Assembly: GCA_000165425.1 (NCBI GenBank)
Contig: CT867985.1
Coordinates: forward strand, 806,001-870,000
DNA length: 64,000 bases
Reading direction: 5' to 3'
Source: Paramecium tetraurelia
Taxonomy: Eukaryota
Position numbers and translations under genes: made by a program. The notes below the pieces were generated by a model, which saw nothing but the letters and a program-made list of their open reading frames with translations, did not search any database and was not told the origin of the DNA. The first letter of the stretch is position 1, and each line of letters opens with the position of its first letter. Positions 29,428 through 43,567 of this stretch are shown in pieces.

Positions 29428-31128
29428 ATGAAGAAAAGAATCAAGCGATTGCAAGGGTCATCATACGTGATTTCTCTTGAACCTGATGATGTGTTGGGCC
29501 AAGGATCTTTCGGCAAAGTCGTGAGAGCCTATGATCTTGAGAATCGGGAAGAGCAATTGGTGGCTAAAATAATGGAAATCGGAACTCAGAGTAAATTGGA
29601 CTCGTTATAACACGAACTCACAGTTTTGGAATAGTTTCAAAGCGATCATCAGAACCTTGTTTAATACAAGTAAATTAATTTCGATCATCCACAGGAGGAA
29701 GAAGTTGTAATCAACCAAAGCTTGTTATATAATTATGGAATATTGTAATGGCGGAACTTTGGAGGATAAAATGAAAAATAAATTTTGGTCAGAGGCTGAA
29801 GTTATGGATTTCCTAGGCCAATTTTGTAGTGGATACCGAGAATTGTTTCTGTAAAATATTATTCATAGAGGTATCACCTTAAGAACCAATAAGATTAGAT
29901 TTGAAACCAGCTAACATTATGTTACATGATCGATTGTATAAAATAACTGACTTTGGTCTGGCGAAAATAGTGAACACTCTAGTCGATAAACTCACCATAT
30001 CCTTTAAAGGCACTCCTCTTTATATGGCACCAGAAATGATTCAAGAAGAAGCAACCGCTGATCCCAAAATCGATATGTGGGGTCTAGGCATCATCTTGTA
30101 TAGGATGCTCTACAATAAATACCCATTTTTGATTCAAAACAAAAAGTATGATAGAGACACTGCTTTCTCAGATATCATCAATAATAACTTGATCATCCCT
30201 CCCACTCCAAAGAGATCTGACTTTATGATTTATTTGCTTCAGAAAATGCTCAAAAAATAAAGTAAAGATCGAATAGGGTGGGAAGAATTATTCTAATTGC
30301 CCTAAATAAAAATTCAATCCTAATCTCAGGTCGATTAAAACAATTAAATGATATCCTCATCTTTATTTATTTAACAGATGGTCATTCAAAAAGTGTCTCT
30401 TATTAAGGTACAACCATTCAAAGAAAAAAAAGTATTGTCTTTGGTTTCTTAAATCTTAACAGAGGAGGACTTAAAAAAATAAACTGAAGATCAAGAGAAG
30501 GAGTAAAAAATCATCTTAAATGAAATGATGTCCAATCTGAATCACAAGTATACTTCATTATATTATGAAAAGGTTGTAAATTCAATTGAAAATTAACTAA
30601 ATTGAGGACATTCTATTTTATTTTCACGAGCAAATATTCTTCTTAGACAAAGCTGCAATGAGAGTCTATAGATTAAATTAAGTTATTCCAAATATTGATT
30701 TTAATATCACATTCAACATCACAGCTGTTATCTTAAATCAAGCATTAGGATTAATTAAAAAATTACAAAAATTATAACAATTGGATCCTCAATAAGTGAA
30801 TTTATATAAAACAACAGAAAACTATTAGATTTTTCAATCATTACTCTAATAAGATATATTAGGCCTGGAAGACTTTTATAAAGAAGTGAAGAATAAGGTT
30901 GTTACTAATATAAAAAATCCAATTGATTAGCTATTTAACCTAATTTAAAATCAAAAACCAATCAATTCTATAATATAAGTCTATATCACTATCAAATACT
31001 TAAAGGATAGCCAGCATCTAGATGAGTTAAATTTTTCTATTATGGAAGATTTTTGGACTTATTATGAAAATGTTGAGAATACATCAGAATAGGAGGCTTC
31101 GCAGTATTTTGAAAAATAACTCATTTGA
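29428..31128 (+). CDS. Ser/Thr protein kinase (ULK/Atg1-like N-terminal kinase domain)
   Basis: LGQGSFGKV, VAK, IHR-DLKPAN (intron-split), DFG, GTPLYMAPE, DMWGLG. Confidence 0.9.
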
Positions 31129-31207
31129 TTAGTTCAGTTTCATTAAATTTATATAATAAAACAAAAATATTATTAAATGTTTATTTATTTTAGGACACAC
31201 ATTCTAA

Positions 31208-34200
31208 TCATTAAATTAACCAGATTATGACCATCGATAATAATAGGGTGTCATATATAGCTGCAGGTTCATCAAATGACTTTCGCAAAGTTTTATTTGT
31301 AAATGAATAAACCTTTGAGGTTTCAGTCCAGAGACTCGGACTGTCTTAAGTAGCTATCAAGTATATGTTGTACCACTTAGAAGGCTATAGATCAGTAAAG
31401 TTATGACTAATGGACTAAAATGTATGAGTAAATTGAATACTTCGGATGAATAATATTTAATGAAATAATAAGCGGAATCTATTGATTAATTTAGAGGATT
31501 AGCAAAATACTTCATTTGAATACTGGAAGGTATGAGTCCATCTGTAGCATATGTGCCAGCACTGAATTTGGGAGTAATGTAACCCCAAACTAAGCCTGTT
31601 TATCTTAATCGAATGTCAGAAAGGGATAACCAAGTTAAACCTCTTGTAAATTTGACAGTGCTGATGATTTCTGGAGATTTATCAAAAGTTATTTCTTCCA
31701 AAGGGTCTACTGAGAATAGGCGTGTAGAGTTAGTTAAATTGCCAACAAAGTATCTCATGAAATTAGTATCTTCCACTCCAGCGATAACCTACTTCCAATT
31801 ATTATCATTAGGTAGATCTTGATTTGGAATGAAATAATATTAGACTGCTGTTTCCACTCCAGCATCTACTTCTTCCTCTCCTTCATCTTAATTGTTTTCA
31901 TCTGTTGGAGTCCCTTCTGTAGTGGTATTGGTCTCTTCGAGCATTTTATATTGGGAATAGACTGCAGTAGAATTGAATGATAAGTCTTTATTGATTGAAT
32001 CGCTGCAGAAGATGGCATCGTAACTCAGCACATCATAGCAGGGATAGGCAAAAGTGTAGCATAGCCAACAAGCTATTGCTTTTTTACTTTCAGCATTGAG
32101 TTCAGTTCCAAAATGAAAGGTCAACTTCATCAATCTGCCATTATTGTTTTGAGTGAAGAACTCAACATATTATGTATTATTCTACATATCATATAAATTA
32201 ACAGCCCAACTCTTAATTTTATACCATGTTCTAGCTCTAAAGGAATATATTATAAAATTACTTGAGTTTCTTCAATTCTAGAACATAATTAGTCTTTCCT
32301 TATAAATAAAGTTGTCCAAATTGTTCTTAATAATAATCTGAATATCTCAATTAAGTGTTATTTTCAGAAAATAACTTTACGTCATCAAAACTTCTTTCGA
32401 ATCCATTCAGCATTATGGCATGATAATAAATGATCAAATCTTAGTCCGATTGAAAAGTAATGATTTACTTATTGGAATAATCTGATAATTGATTTAGTTG
32501 CATGGAGTAAACACATCCAATCTTTTTGATTGCATCTGTGTTATCTTTGACCAATTTGAATATAGTTTATGCGGATGATTACACAAAATATGGAGCTGAA
32601 TTTCCACTGAAAGTCATCAACAAAGTGCTGTAATAATAATCAATGGTATCTAATTTGTCACTATCTTGCACTTCAGTCTCAGAGAAAATAATGAATGTGA
32701 TTTTAAGGTTATCTGAAGTGACTTAGACATTCATTTTGGTATCTGAAGTAGATTGAAATTTCAAACCTGCAGGTTTATCAACATTAAAAGGAATCAATTC
32801 AAAATCAATTAATAGATCTTCAACAGGAATATTCCCTGAGAAATCTATTAATACAGGAATAGATTTCATAAAAATTGGAACATCATATGAAGGAAACTAA
32901 GTGGTGACTTCAGTTTTGGTTGTTGTGATCATCACTTAGATGATTCCTGCTTCACTATAAGTGGGAGTGTCTGATTCTTCTTTTGAAAAATATAAGTAAT
33001 ATGATTGAGGATTTGTCGATCCTGAACAGCCTATTCTTGTCAATGCCTTGCCATCTCCAGGATAGACTATTAAATCATTGACGACTTTGAAGAAACCACT
33101 GTTGGAACTAATACTGAACTTTAATTTCTTATTGTATCCACGTTCAATCTAACCAAGTGAAATTATTCTACTATATTATCCTGGTTTTAAGAGTAATTCA
33201 TTGTAATTCAGTCTCAAGATTTCATCTGTCGACTAGATTGTATATTTAACATCATTGTCTGTCTCCTCTTTCCAATAGATAGTATTTTTGGTAGAATCGG
33301 CATTCAACTTAAACTATTGGATGTTTGAGTAAACATAGGTTGATAATTATTAGATTTGAGTCTTGTCTGATGTAATCAAACTGAAGATTGGCAATCCAAT
33401 ATAACAAGAGGATGCTTCCATATTGGTCATCCCTGTAATTTTGACTATGTATTTTGTATTGGCTTGGAGCATGCCTTCAAATTGTAATAGAATTCTATTT
33501 CCCAATGTTTCACATTTTGAGATAATGGATGTCACTCCATCACTTTCCAAGATTCCACTACATGCAGTCGGAGGCTTCAATTAAACCAATTTACCATAAT
33601 CTTTAGATGGGAGATCAATAACCAGATATTATCCAACTTATATATTACCTAAAGTTGTTAAATAATAGGTGTATTACGATTCGGTTCTGATTCCAACATT
33701 AGAGATTTCGAAATCCCTAATTATCAGAGATATCGGAACTGTAGAAGAAACTGCTACATCACTCAATGTTCCATATTCATTTATTGTCGTTTTATCCTCA
33801 TCATAATCCACCATTATGAATATTTAATCATCGTTATAAGTAGATATAGGTTGAATTATGCCAGCTATTACTAAATTTATTACTGTGAAGGAATCTATTG
33901 TAAGAGTGAATAATTTAATTGAGATTGTCCTTTCGTTATCATATTAGCAATATGCATCGGCATCACTCATCAAGCAACTTAGACTTTTCTTATTGTCATA
34001 TGAATTATAATAGTATGGTAAGTTAACATAAATCGTAGATTTTTGGTCGAATGGCGAACTTAGTACTAAATTTATTTTGAGTTCAATCATCGCATAAGCT
34101 TAGGGATAGGTTTTACTTATTGTAAGACCAGTTGCCGATAGAACAGAAGGCGTATTTTAAAAGGTCAATGCAGTATTACTAGCTGTTCCTTGGGACAAAA

Positions 34201-37200
34201 TAGTCGAACCACTCAAGACCTTGACAAGAGGGGCCATATAAGTATTAGGTGTCAAAATGTTGAAGCATCTGAAAATGTAGAGATTTCCTGGGCTCAAATC
34301 ATTAACTGGTCTTATTGTTATCAAAGTAAATGAACTTCCTTCAAAGGATTTCCAATCGAAATTCTAAGAACCATCCGAATTCAGAATGGAACAATGAGAT
34401 TTGGATACTGTACTTGAGGCCACCATTGTGAGATCAAAATTTATCTACTGATTATATAGGATGCCACGATTGATTAATTTGAATGTAAATTGGAACTTTC
34501 CTCTCATACCATTATTCATCCTTTCAAATTGAACATCCCCAACTTCCACTTTAGGGGTAAGAGGAGTGTTATTAAATTTCAAAGTTCCTGCTCCAACAGT
34601 AGTCGCATCAATAATAACATTCAAAATTGTATATGTAGTTATTGTGTAAGCCTAGTCATTTGAACTTGAATCTGGCATATTGATCCCATATTATACTATG
34701 GTATAAGTATCAGGGGGGAATGCTTAGGAGGCAGCAAAAGTAAACCTTATCTCGACGCCATCCGTCTTTGATATGGTGCATGTATGAGCTATTTGCTTTG
34801 CTGCTTAGCTTGATTTTAATTAACACAGACTTGCAGTTGATACTGTAAATGGCCAAGATCCTGAAGTGAAGGAGAGAGAAACATATCCATCCTTTGGAAT
34901 GTTATTTACAGTAGTGAAGATCCATTGGACTATCTAATCTTAGTAGCTTCTTTAAATTGTTGGGAAAATATCTAAGGGAATTTATATTTGACCAGCAGTT
35001 ATTGTGCTCACTGATTCAGGAGAGTATGATTGTAAATTACCATTTTTATCACTCCATCCAGAATAACCTCCTGTAGGAGTTTAGACTCCTTTATCTGGAT
35101 AATTAAAGCCTTCAATTTTAATGTACTAAGATATGGAGGTGATAATTGTATCTCCAATCATTGGACATAAGAACCCATAGAAATCATTGTAATGATAAGG
35201 AACACATTTCTATTCATAGGTTAAGGATGGATTCAAAATTAACCCTTTAGTGTTGAACTTAGGTCCTATCATATTCCATTTGCCTTGATAAAAGAAGGCT
35301 GTTCCTTACAGTGCTCCACTATTGGGGGTAATGATAGGTGTAGCTTGTGTGTGTCCATAGTATACTTGGGCAGCAGAGTCCTGTTGACCAACACTTGGTG
35401 AGTAATTAATAAGATCCAGTTTATAACTTTGACCAGTTTTGGTAATGCCAGCATTTACTGGGTCAACTAAAGCCAAAGAAGGGGCATTCATCGTTTAAGA
35501 GACTAAGGCACTTTTGAAAGCTATAAAATGACTATAGACTTTATCATCTTAATTTGATGAGATAATAGCCAAAAAGAAAGTCAATTAATTAACATTTCTT
35601 ACAGTACTTACAGGTATGACTAATTGAAATGGAGATGCTGGCCCGCTTTTTGAAAATGTATCATCTAAAATGAATTCAACTCTATGTAGATTATAGACTG
35701 ACTGTAAGGCATTGGTAGCATCATCACTTCCTGTGTAACCATAGCATTTTTATTTTCGATTTAATGTCGAAGAACAAGATACATATTGTTTGCCTTCAGG
35801 AGATGTCCCTTCAGAGAATGGAGATAACTTCAATATTAAGAAAATATACATTGTTAAAGAATATTGCCAATCTCGCAGCTTTATCTACAATTGCTTGTTC
35901 CAAGAAACCTGTCACTCTAATGAAAGCAGGAAAGTATGTACCATCCAATTTTACAGTAGTACCTGTCCAGAAATTGGCAATTGATAGGTAGAGATTATTC
36001 ATTTGATTAGGTCCACTTAATGTATATGAGTTTGCAGCAATAATTCCTGTAATTGGAACTATAGGTGTGTTAGATGGAATTCCAATTTCTGCAGTAAAAC
36101 CGATGAAATCTATTAGATCTTCACCGCAAAATTAAGAGCCATTATTTTATATATACACAGGCCCTATAGAAACAGTATATAAATTATTTGCTGCATTACC
36201 TCCAAACACATTTTAAATGGTGGCTGAGGCAGCTGGTATTCTAGTCAATTAGATAGAGGTGTATTTCTTATTTGCATTATCAATTTAAACATAGTCAGAT
36301 CCTGAATTAAATACGAAATCTAATGCGGTGTAAACTGCAGGAGTTGGGGTGCATGTTAAAGCTGGAGTAAATTACAATGGACTTTCTGCCAATATAGTTG
36401 AAGTCCCTTTTAATATTTTTGGATTAGTGTAAAAATAGTACCCAACTGTTCGAGTGGGAACAGAAGCAGCAAAACTTGTAATTTATGGTCTAGCTGTAAA
36501 AATTAATCTTTGCTCATAGTCTGCATATTGTAAACCAAAAGAGGAACTGGTGGGACATGCAAAGGGATCAGAAAAGCGTTAAGAATGTGCAAAGGTGTAT
36601 CCATTCCCACTATTCGAACTTATAATGGCCACACTATTCAAGGTTGAATAAATGGCTTTTGAATCTCTACCTGAGGGGATTAAAGGTATAGCATCATATG
36701 CCACTCCATTTGAGGATGATTCTAATTGGATTAATCCGAAATCAGCTGGAAGATCTCCTGGAGTAGCTTAATTCGGAAACGACATTTTGACCGATATAAA
36801 ATATGTGCTCTCTAGATTCAGTGTTCCAACATTTGAGCAAACTATTTTGATTGGTTAAACCTTAGTGACACTGCATGAAACTGGGTTCTTGTCAAATTAT
36901 GGCAGATTCTCCTATAGACTTCCCTCCAAAATCATGGAACCTATATCAGATGTCAAACTTAAGGTTACTCTTAATTTCAAATTTAATGGAGTAGTGCTTG
37001 AAGGGAAAAAAGTGAATTTTAATGAATTAAAATAAGGATTTTGTGCAGTGTCTCTTATTATTTTCAATTATGATGGCAAACTTGTATCTGATAATTTCAA
37101 TCCCCATAAAAAATAAGTCACTAAATTGTCATTATTATTCCCCCAGGTTAAGGCAGATGTCGATAAAATATTCAAAACTGTCACTTATTCTACTATGTGA

Positions 37201-38093
37201 TTTGCATATGAAAGCATTGACATTACTTAAAATCCTCCTCCTGATGATTTCACAAATTTGGGATTCTTTATACTGAAACTAAATTTGAGAGTAGTATTGA
37301 ATATCTAATATAAGCTAACAGTCAATATATTATTTGCAATTTAACAAGTGTATTAAGAACTTGTCAATGCTGGTATGTCAGTGTTGTTGACATCTTTATA
37401 GGATTCCGATGTGCATTGTTCACCTTAAAATTAATAATCGTTATCAGTCATCTGGATCACTATTCGAGCTTTCCTATCGATAGGGATCGTCGGAGTTATC
37501 TGCACTAAAAGGGAGTGTCTATAATCTAATAATGTAGGAGTGGCTGATTAAAGCGTGAAACTGGATGCTAATGTTGAAGGTGGAGTAGGGGTGAATTCAA
37601 TCAATGCAAAGGCTCTATTGAAATCATATTTTATCCAATTATTTACACTGAAATCTTAAATTGTTAATGCCTCTATTGGAGATAATATTTAAGCCACTTA
37701 ATTGCTAAATGCAGTTTTAGATGATATGCTGACTTTATAATAAGTGTTTGCTTCTAAAGCTCTTGAATCCCCATCTAAATTGAGAAATTTTACATGGTAC
37801 CATCCATTACTATCTTTATATAAGGCTCCAGGAAATTTTGATATTGGACTACAATCAGTAGTGCTGACTTCATTATAAATCACATCAACTCCTTGTGGAA
37901 CTGTGCTCACAACCGAGGCTTCAATTTAGAATGGGATTTTAAGACTCAAATACCCCGACTTTCCTAATCCACTCTAAAGTCTGAAAGTAAACGTTAATTA
38001 AGTGGTATAACCAATGTTCAGATAATTAATAGAGTAATCAAGTGTTTCTATTAATCCACTGTATACGATTTGTACTAGTAATAAAAAAAGCAT
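31208..38093 (-). CDS. Giant secreted/cell-surface protein (~2,270 aa), probable GPI or C-terminal membrane anchor
   Basis: Signal-like MLFLLLVQIVYSG; long S/T/P-rich beta-type sequence; hydrophobic C-terminus TLLLSMVIIWLIQ-TGA; few tiny introns. Confidence 0.8.
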
Positions 38094-38127
38094 TAATTTA
38101 TTATAAATATACACATAAAACAACTTT

Positions 38128-40033
38128 TCACTTCCCAGTAATCTAATTAAATATATTTTATGCTTCCTCTTTATAATGACTCAAAGCTTCCTCTACGTGT
38201 TCACTCTTTTGACTCTCTTGTACTTCTTCCATTATCTCTATAATGTTCTTCAATAATTTGTGAGCTAATGTAAGCATCTTTTGATCCAACACCTATTAAA
38301 TCATCTCATCTGTATCATCAAACAGCATCTCAAGAAATTCTTACTTCTCAATCCAATTTGCAAACTAAACGATAATACTAATTCATACTAATGCAAAGAA
38401 ACTTTCTAAACTTTCCTCAGGAGTGATCAAAAGTGTTTCTCTTATTCTAAATTAAAGAAATGCCTTCTGTCGATCAATCTTGTATTGCAATAAATGATTC
38501 TCTACTAGAAAACCAACCTCATCAAACTCATCCAATAATGATTCCAAAATAGTTTCATGCATTATGTTGTTAGGCAATACAAATTTATCAGCCAATTCAC
38601 TTAAAATCAATAATTTCTCAGCTTTAACATTCGGATTACCAAATGAATCCAAAAATTAAATAGACTCCTCAAAAAAATCAAATAAACTCTACTAAAATTA
38701 ACCATTTCTGATCACGAATTTAATAGCTTAAATATCATATTCAACAATCAATAAATCATTTTCAATATCAAATTTGTCTCTCATTTCCTAAATCTTAATA
38801 AATAATTCTTTCGTTCCTCTCTCTTAACCTTCTAAAATGCAAAAATAATTCATTGTAACTTCCAAATATATTGTATCTTAATTGAAACTCTCTAAATATT
38901 CGTGAAAATCTTTTAACATTTCTTCACATTTTGATAAATCAGTCAATTGATAAGTTGAAGCTAATTAGCAATAGCTTTAAGCATATTAGATTGAATGTTT
39001 TCCAAAAACTTATAAGTATAATTCTATTGCTTTTTCAAAATAAGGTCTTGCTGCTGTAAACTCTTAGATTTCCATTTGAACACTTCCTAAATCTTCAAAT
39101 ATCTAAGCAAATTTAGCAATTCCTTTTTCCTTTTGTTTCTCTGCTTCATTAGCTACTTCAGGATTTTCGTGATTGCATACTACAATAAGTTTCAATTTTA
39201 CATTATTTAACTATCTCCATAAACTTTTCTGTCTCCTTCAAGGCTGTTTCGTAAAGCTTTATTCCTTATTATATTTATTCTTATTCTATCAATAATTTTG
39301 CTTTCATTTCATAATAGAATGCCAAGTTGTATTAATATTATGCCTAACCTTACTCTTTAGTTAAGTATCCTTCGCTCTCTCCAATCTCCTCGAAATTATT
39401 ATTGAGGTAATTTTTTATAAACACCACAGATTCTTTATACTATCTTGTCAAATATTATTATTATAATACTTTAACCATTATTCAATTTCTCTAAACTCTA
39501 CATCGTCGTATTGCTTAGCATATTTTAGAGGAATAACTCCTATTGCCAAATTGTGCCATAAAAATTAGTGAAAATCAATAGGATATTTAGACAAATCAAC
39601 ATTGTTATAATGAACATCATTCAAAAAGTCTTCAGAAAGTACTTCCTACACCAATTTATCCTCCATTTATTAATTTTCAATTAAAAATCGTGCATACTCG
39701 ATTTTGTCTAATAACAAAGAGACGCATTTTTTTTTTTCTGATTAATCCATTTCCTCTCTGATCCCTATTATTTTTCTTAACATATCCATTTATTAATGCT
39801 CGTTTTCACAATCTTCCATTTGATCATACAATTTATCAATTTCAGCTTATTTTTCATCCCTAATTATCTAGGATCGAAAAATACTTATCATGTTTGCCAT
39901 TAAAAAAAAATCCATATTATGGTATCATAGTTAAGGTTGGAGTATAAACCTATTATTATTTAATCTGAAGAAATAATGATCTACTTTGGAAAATAGTTTG
40001 AAAAATTCTCTTCACGGCATTCCTGATGAGCAT
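38128..40033 (-). CDS. TPR-like repeat protein with putative mitochondrial presequence
   Basis: MLIRNAVKRIFQTIFQSRSLF N-terminus; TPR-like AQIFEDLGSVQMEIQEFTAARPYFEKAIEL; tiny introns. Confidence 0.65.
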
Positions 40034-40258
40034 TAATAAAATAATAAATAAATATTTAATTTTTATGAGCCGCATTGAAGGTTGAGTTCAGTCGAATGAT
40101 GAATAATTATTCATAATTTAATAATTTCATTTTTAATTTAGAATACAGACTTAAATAGAGATTAAGGAGAAAAATATTAAATTTATTGGCATTTAGATTG
40201 ACCATTTATAAAAATCCTCTTACTATATTGAATTTCATTTAATCCTTATATTATAGAT

Positions 40259-40567
40259 AAAAAAGAGTTGTTTATTTTCAGAGTCCTGCTTAATAAGTGC
40301 CACGATAGGCTACATCAATTCAAGAGTCCGGTATCCTTCCGCCGCTCATAGCGATCCCTATTGCTTGCTCTGTTTCCAGCCTAAGCCATTGCGAGATTCT
40401 TCAACACATGTGAAACCCTCATTACTTATGGATCCCACAAGTGACTACGAGCTCGGTTAGGGCGGTGACTCTTAACAAAATGACTCAGCGAGCTCTCAGA
40501 TGACAGCTTATCAAACATCCTCTTACAACCCACGTAAAGTGAAAGCCAAGTTGTCCCAGCCTGGGTT
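40259..40567 (-). ncRNA. SRP RNA (7SL), variant copy
   Basis: Reverse complement of 43568-43876 with 12 substitutions and no indels by manual alignment; helix-8 motif intact; T6 terminator. Confidence 0.85.
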
Positions 40568-40719
40568 TAATACTTATTTACTACTTATTAACTTTAATAC
40601 ATTTTTATCTTAGAACTTTTTACTCTTTAATAAGTAAACTGTAATCTAATTTGTCTTATGGACTAATTTATTTTAAAAATTATAATCGATTTAAATGAAC
40701 TAATTTAATTTATACTTAA

Positions 40720-41980
40720 TCAACTCATTGGTTATTACATTTATCCAAATTAATTAGGTGGTGGTGGGGGTGGTGGTAGCTGATTTTATGGATAATTATA
40801 ATTAGATTATTAGTTCTGATCTTTTAAATACATGGTACTATCAGTAAATTGTACAATTTAAGGTTGGAATACTTAAGGATTCCAATTAGAAGGTGGAGCA
40901 ATTGGTTAATTATAAATCTAAGGAACAGGAGCAACTATTTCAATAGGTACATCTACAGTTGGATCCTTGCTACAGCATGTACAGCCTATAATTTATAAAA
41001 CTTTTATTTTACCTGCAAGAACTGCTTAAACTTATAATCTATATACTGATTTAACTAACTGCCCATTAGATGAAGGATGAATACCATCTGGTGAATTTTT
41101 ATTGTGTAAAATTAATTAGATTTATTTTCTGTCATTTTCAATAGCCTTAATCCCAGCTCCAATTCCTTGAATTTATTATGAAACAATAGTTCTTAATATT
41201 ACCTTTTCTCTTCCTGTTCGGTCTCTCAAGGTTAAGTAATTTTATAATCTGGCATCAATTCTTTTCACATCTAATTTGCAATTAGAATTATCCACATCAG
41301 CCCACAGGTAGGCAGTATCTCCAGGAAGGTAATGATTCTTATCAAATACACACTTGATGTGAGAAGTCTATTTATAATTTTAAATAATTACTCCTTAATT
41401 GATGCAACACCAAGTTGATGCCTTTACTTCCATTTATCCCATCAAAGCTGCCATATTCTGCTTTAATGGTTCCCTAACAACTAAAAGCTATGAATGTTTG
41501 ATGTTCTTATAAGACTTATTATATGATTCGATTTCTGTTTTGACTCTATATGAAATTTTGGCTTAATAATCTCCTCCCTTTTCAAAATAAGATCCTGGTA
41601 AGTGAGACAATAATTAAAATTAAAAAGGAAAGGTATATTGCCCAACAGGTAAGCTACGAGTGTTAAATGTCCATATTGCCACTCGATGTTAATAAAATTA
41701 GGTCTAACCTGAATAAGTTACATATTCAGTGTGTTGTTCTTGCTTTCCATCTGCACCAGTAGTAGTGCGAGAATGACTTTCGGTCCAATGACATTTTTCC
41801 TTTCCAGATACTTTTAATAATACTACTCCTCCAGGATATCCATCTTTAAAAATATTCAAATAGATATTTCCTAAATTTTTAAGATACCTTCTTACCTGTT
41901 ATGATTTCTCCAGCAAAATAGAAAGGTTTGTCTGTTCTAATATATACTCCTCCAAAATCAGAGCCTTATTAATTTCCCAT
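40720..41980 (-). CDS. Arrestin-domain (alpha-arrestin-like) protein
   Basis: MGNQQ start, DKPFYFAGEIITG, GQYTFPFQFQLLSHLPGSY, ISYRVK; poly-Pro C-terminus. Confidence 0.85.
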
Positions 41981-42081
41981 TATAACTTTAATAATGAATC
42001 AATATAAAATATAGTTTTGTATTCAAAATTGAATTATAATGTGGAATAAATAATTATATTGAATAAAAACTAATAAATTAC

Positions 42082-42705
42082 TCAATTCTTTAATCTAGTC
42101 TATAACCATTATTTCCAATATTTTTCAGATATTTATTTTTGAACACTTTCTGTATATAATTAGGCTACTAGCATAGATTAACCTGGATGATTTTGTGGCA
42201 AATCTTTCTTCATTTCTAAAGCAAGTTCAAAGAATCTTCTTTTTGCATCCTAATCAACTATTGTAATCCTTGATTAAGCTATGCTTCCGTATTTTTCATT
42301 CATATCTTATATTATCTTATAATCTTGTCCGATTTCGCTTGGGCCTCTTGATAAATTGATGTCAACTGGAATTTTGAATTCAGGTTAATTCTAAATATTT
42401 GCAGACACTTTGCTTTTTTAAAATTTTGTTGGAACCTATGAAGCTGCTTTATTAGGAGAACAATCGTTAGAAAAATCATCAGAATCACTATCATTATATC
42501 CATTAGTTTTCTTGGAATATTTTTATTCTAATTATTCAAGATATGATTTTGTGTCCATCATTTGATGATTGGGTTTTGAGTTTGTGTATTTTTAATTGTT
42601 AAAGTTAGATAAAGTATTTCCATAATCATACGATCCTATCCTTTAGACATCCTTTAAACTATTATAAGTTCCATCATAAGAGGACAATGCTCTGCTCTCA
42701 GTCAT
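42082..42705 (-). CDS. Hypothetical protein (~207 aa)
   Basis: ATG 42705 MTESRALSSYDG..., TGA 42082. Confidence 0.55.
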
Positions 42706-42736
42706 TTCAGTTAAATTAATATTAATTCATTTTTTA

Positions 42737-43287
42737 ATGTTTGATAATATTAAGTCAGCTGATGAGCTTTATGCTACTGAAAATGAAAAAGAATATTATG
42801 ATAGAAAACTCTTAGAATATTAAGATATGTACTCTATTAAATAAGCAATCACATCCTATAGCAAAATCAAATTATTTAATATCGATCAATAACAAAAACT
42901 TAAATATGAATGTTATTCTAAATGTTATGATAATAATCAAGTGATTTTCGAAAATTCAGAAGAGGGAATCAAAAAACTTAGTAAATGCTTAACTGAGTGT
43001 AAAAAACAAACAAAAGATCTTAAATAATTTCTAAAAAATGTTGATAAACTAGTTTATTTCAAGAATTAAACATGCCATTCTAATTGCGATTAGATGATTA
43101 ATTATAATGTAGATTAAACATACTAGGAAAAAATTAGTGTAAATGAATTATTAATTCTTAGAATAAAGTAAATATATATAGATGTAGATGGGTTTGTGAA
43201 AATAAGCTAGATCGTAGATATAGAGAATTTTGGTTATAATAAAGAAACGATATCATTGATAGATATTCCAGCTAAATGGCAAATTGA
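42737..43287 (+). CDS. Small protein with four CX3C motifs (FAM136A/DUF842-like)
   Basis: CYSKC, CLTEC, CHSNC, CRWVC; 23-nt intron 43139-43161; 175 aa. Confidence 0.7.
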
Positions 43288-43504
43288 GTTATTTAATATA
43301 ATAATGATATAATTATCATTATCTCTAATTATAATATTTTTATGAAACAATTATAAGTTAACACGTATTTTCTAACCTATTGTAGTTTAACTATATTTTT
43401 GCTTTTACATTTATTAAGATATAAGGAGGAGTTTGCAACCATAAGTATCACTTTTAAGAGTAAAGTTTAAGGAAGTATCAGACTTGATTTACTCTGATAA
43501 AATA

Positions 43505-43516
43505 AAACCCATAAAT
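43505..43516 (+). promoter_or_regulatory. Ciliate small-RNA gene upstream sequence element (AAACCCATAAAT)
   Basis: CCCATAA core about 60 nt upstream of the SRP RNA 5' end, matching the element known from ciliate snRNA and telomerase RNA genes. Confidence 0.65.
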
Positions 43517-43567
43517 TGCTAATTGTAATTATACACGTAATAAATGCAGAATAATGTTTAATTGATT

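Noticed and set aside
40067..40114. Box C-like ATGATGA and 16-nt palindrome ATGAATAATTATTCAT
   Set aside because: No matching box D or terminal stem; AT-rich palindromes are expected by chance
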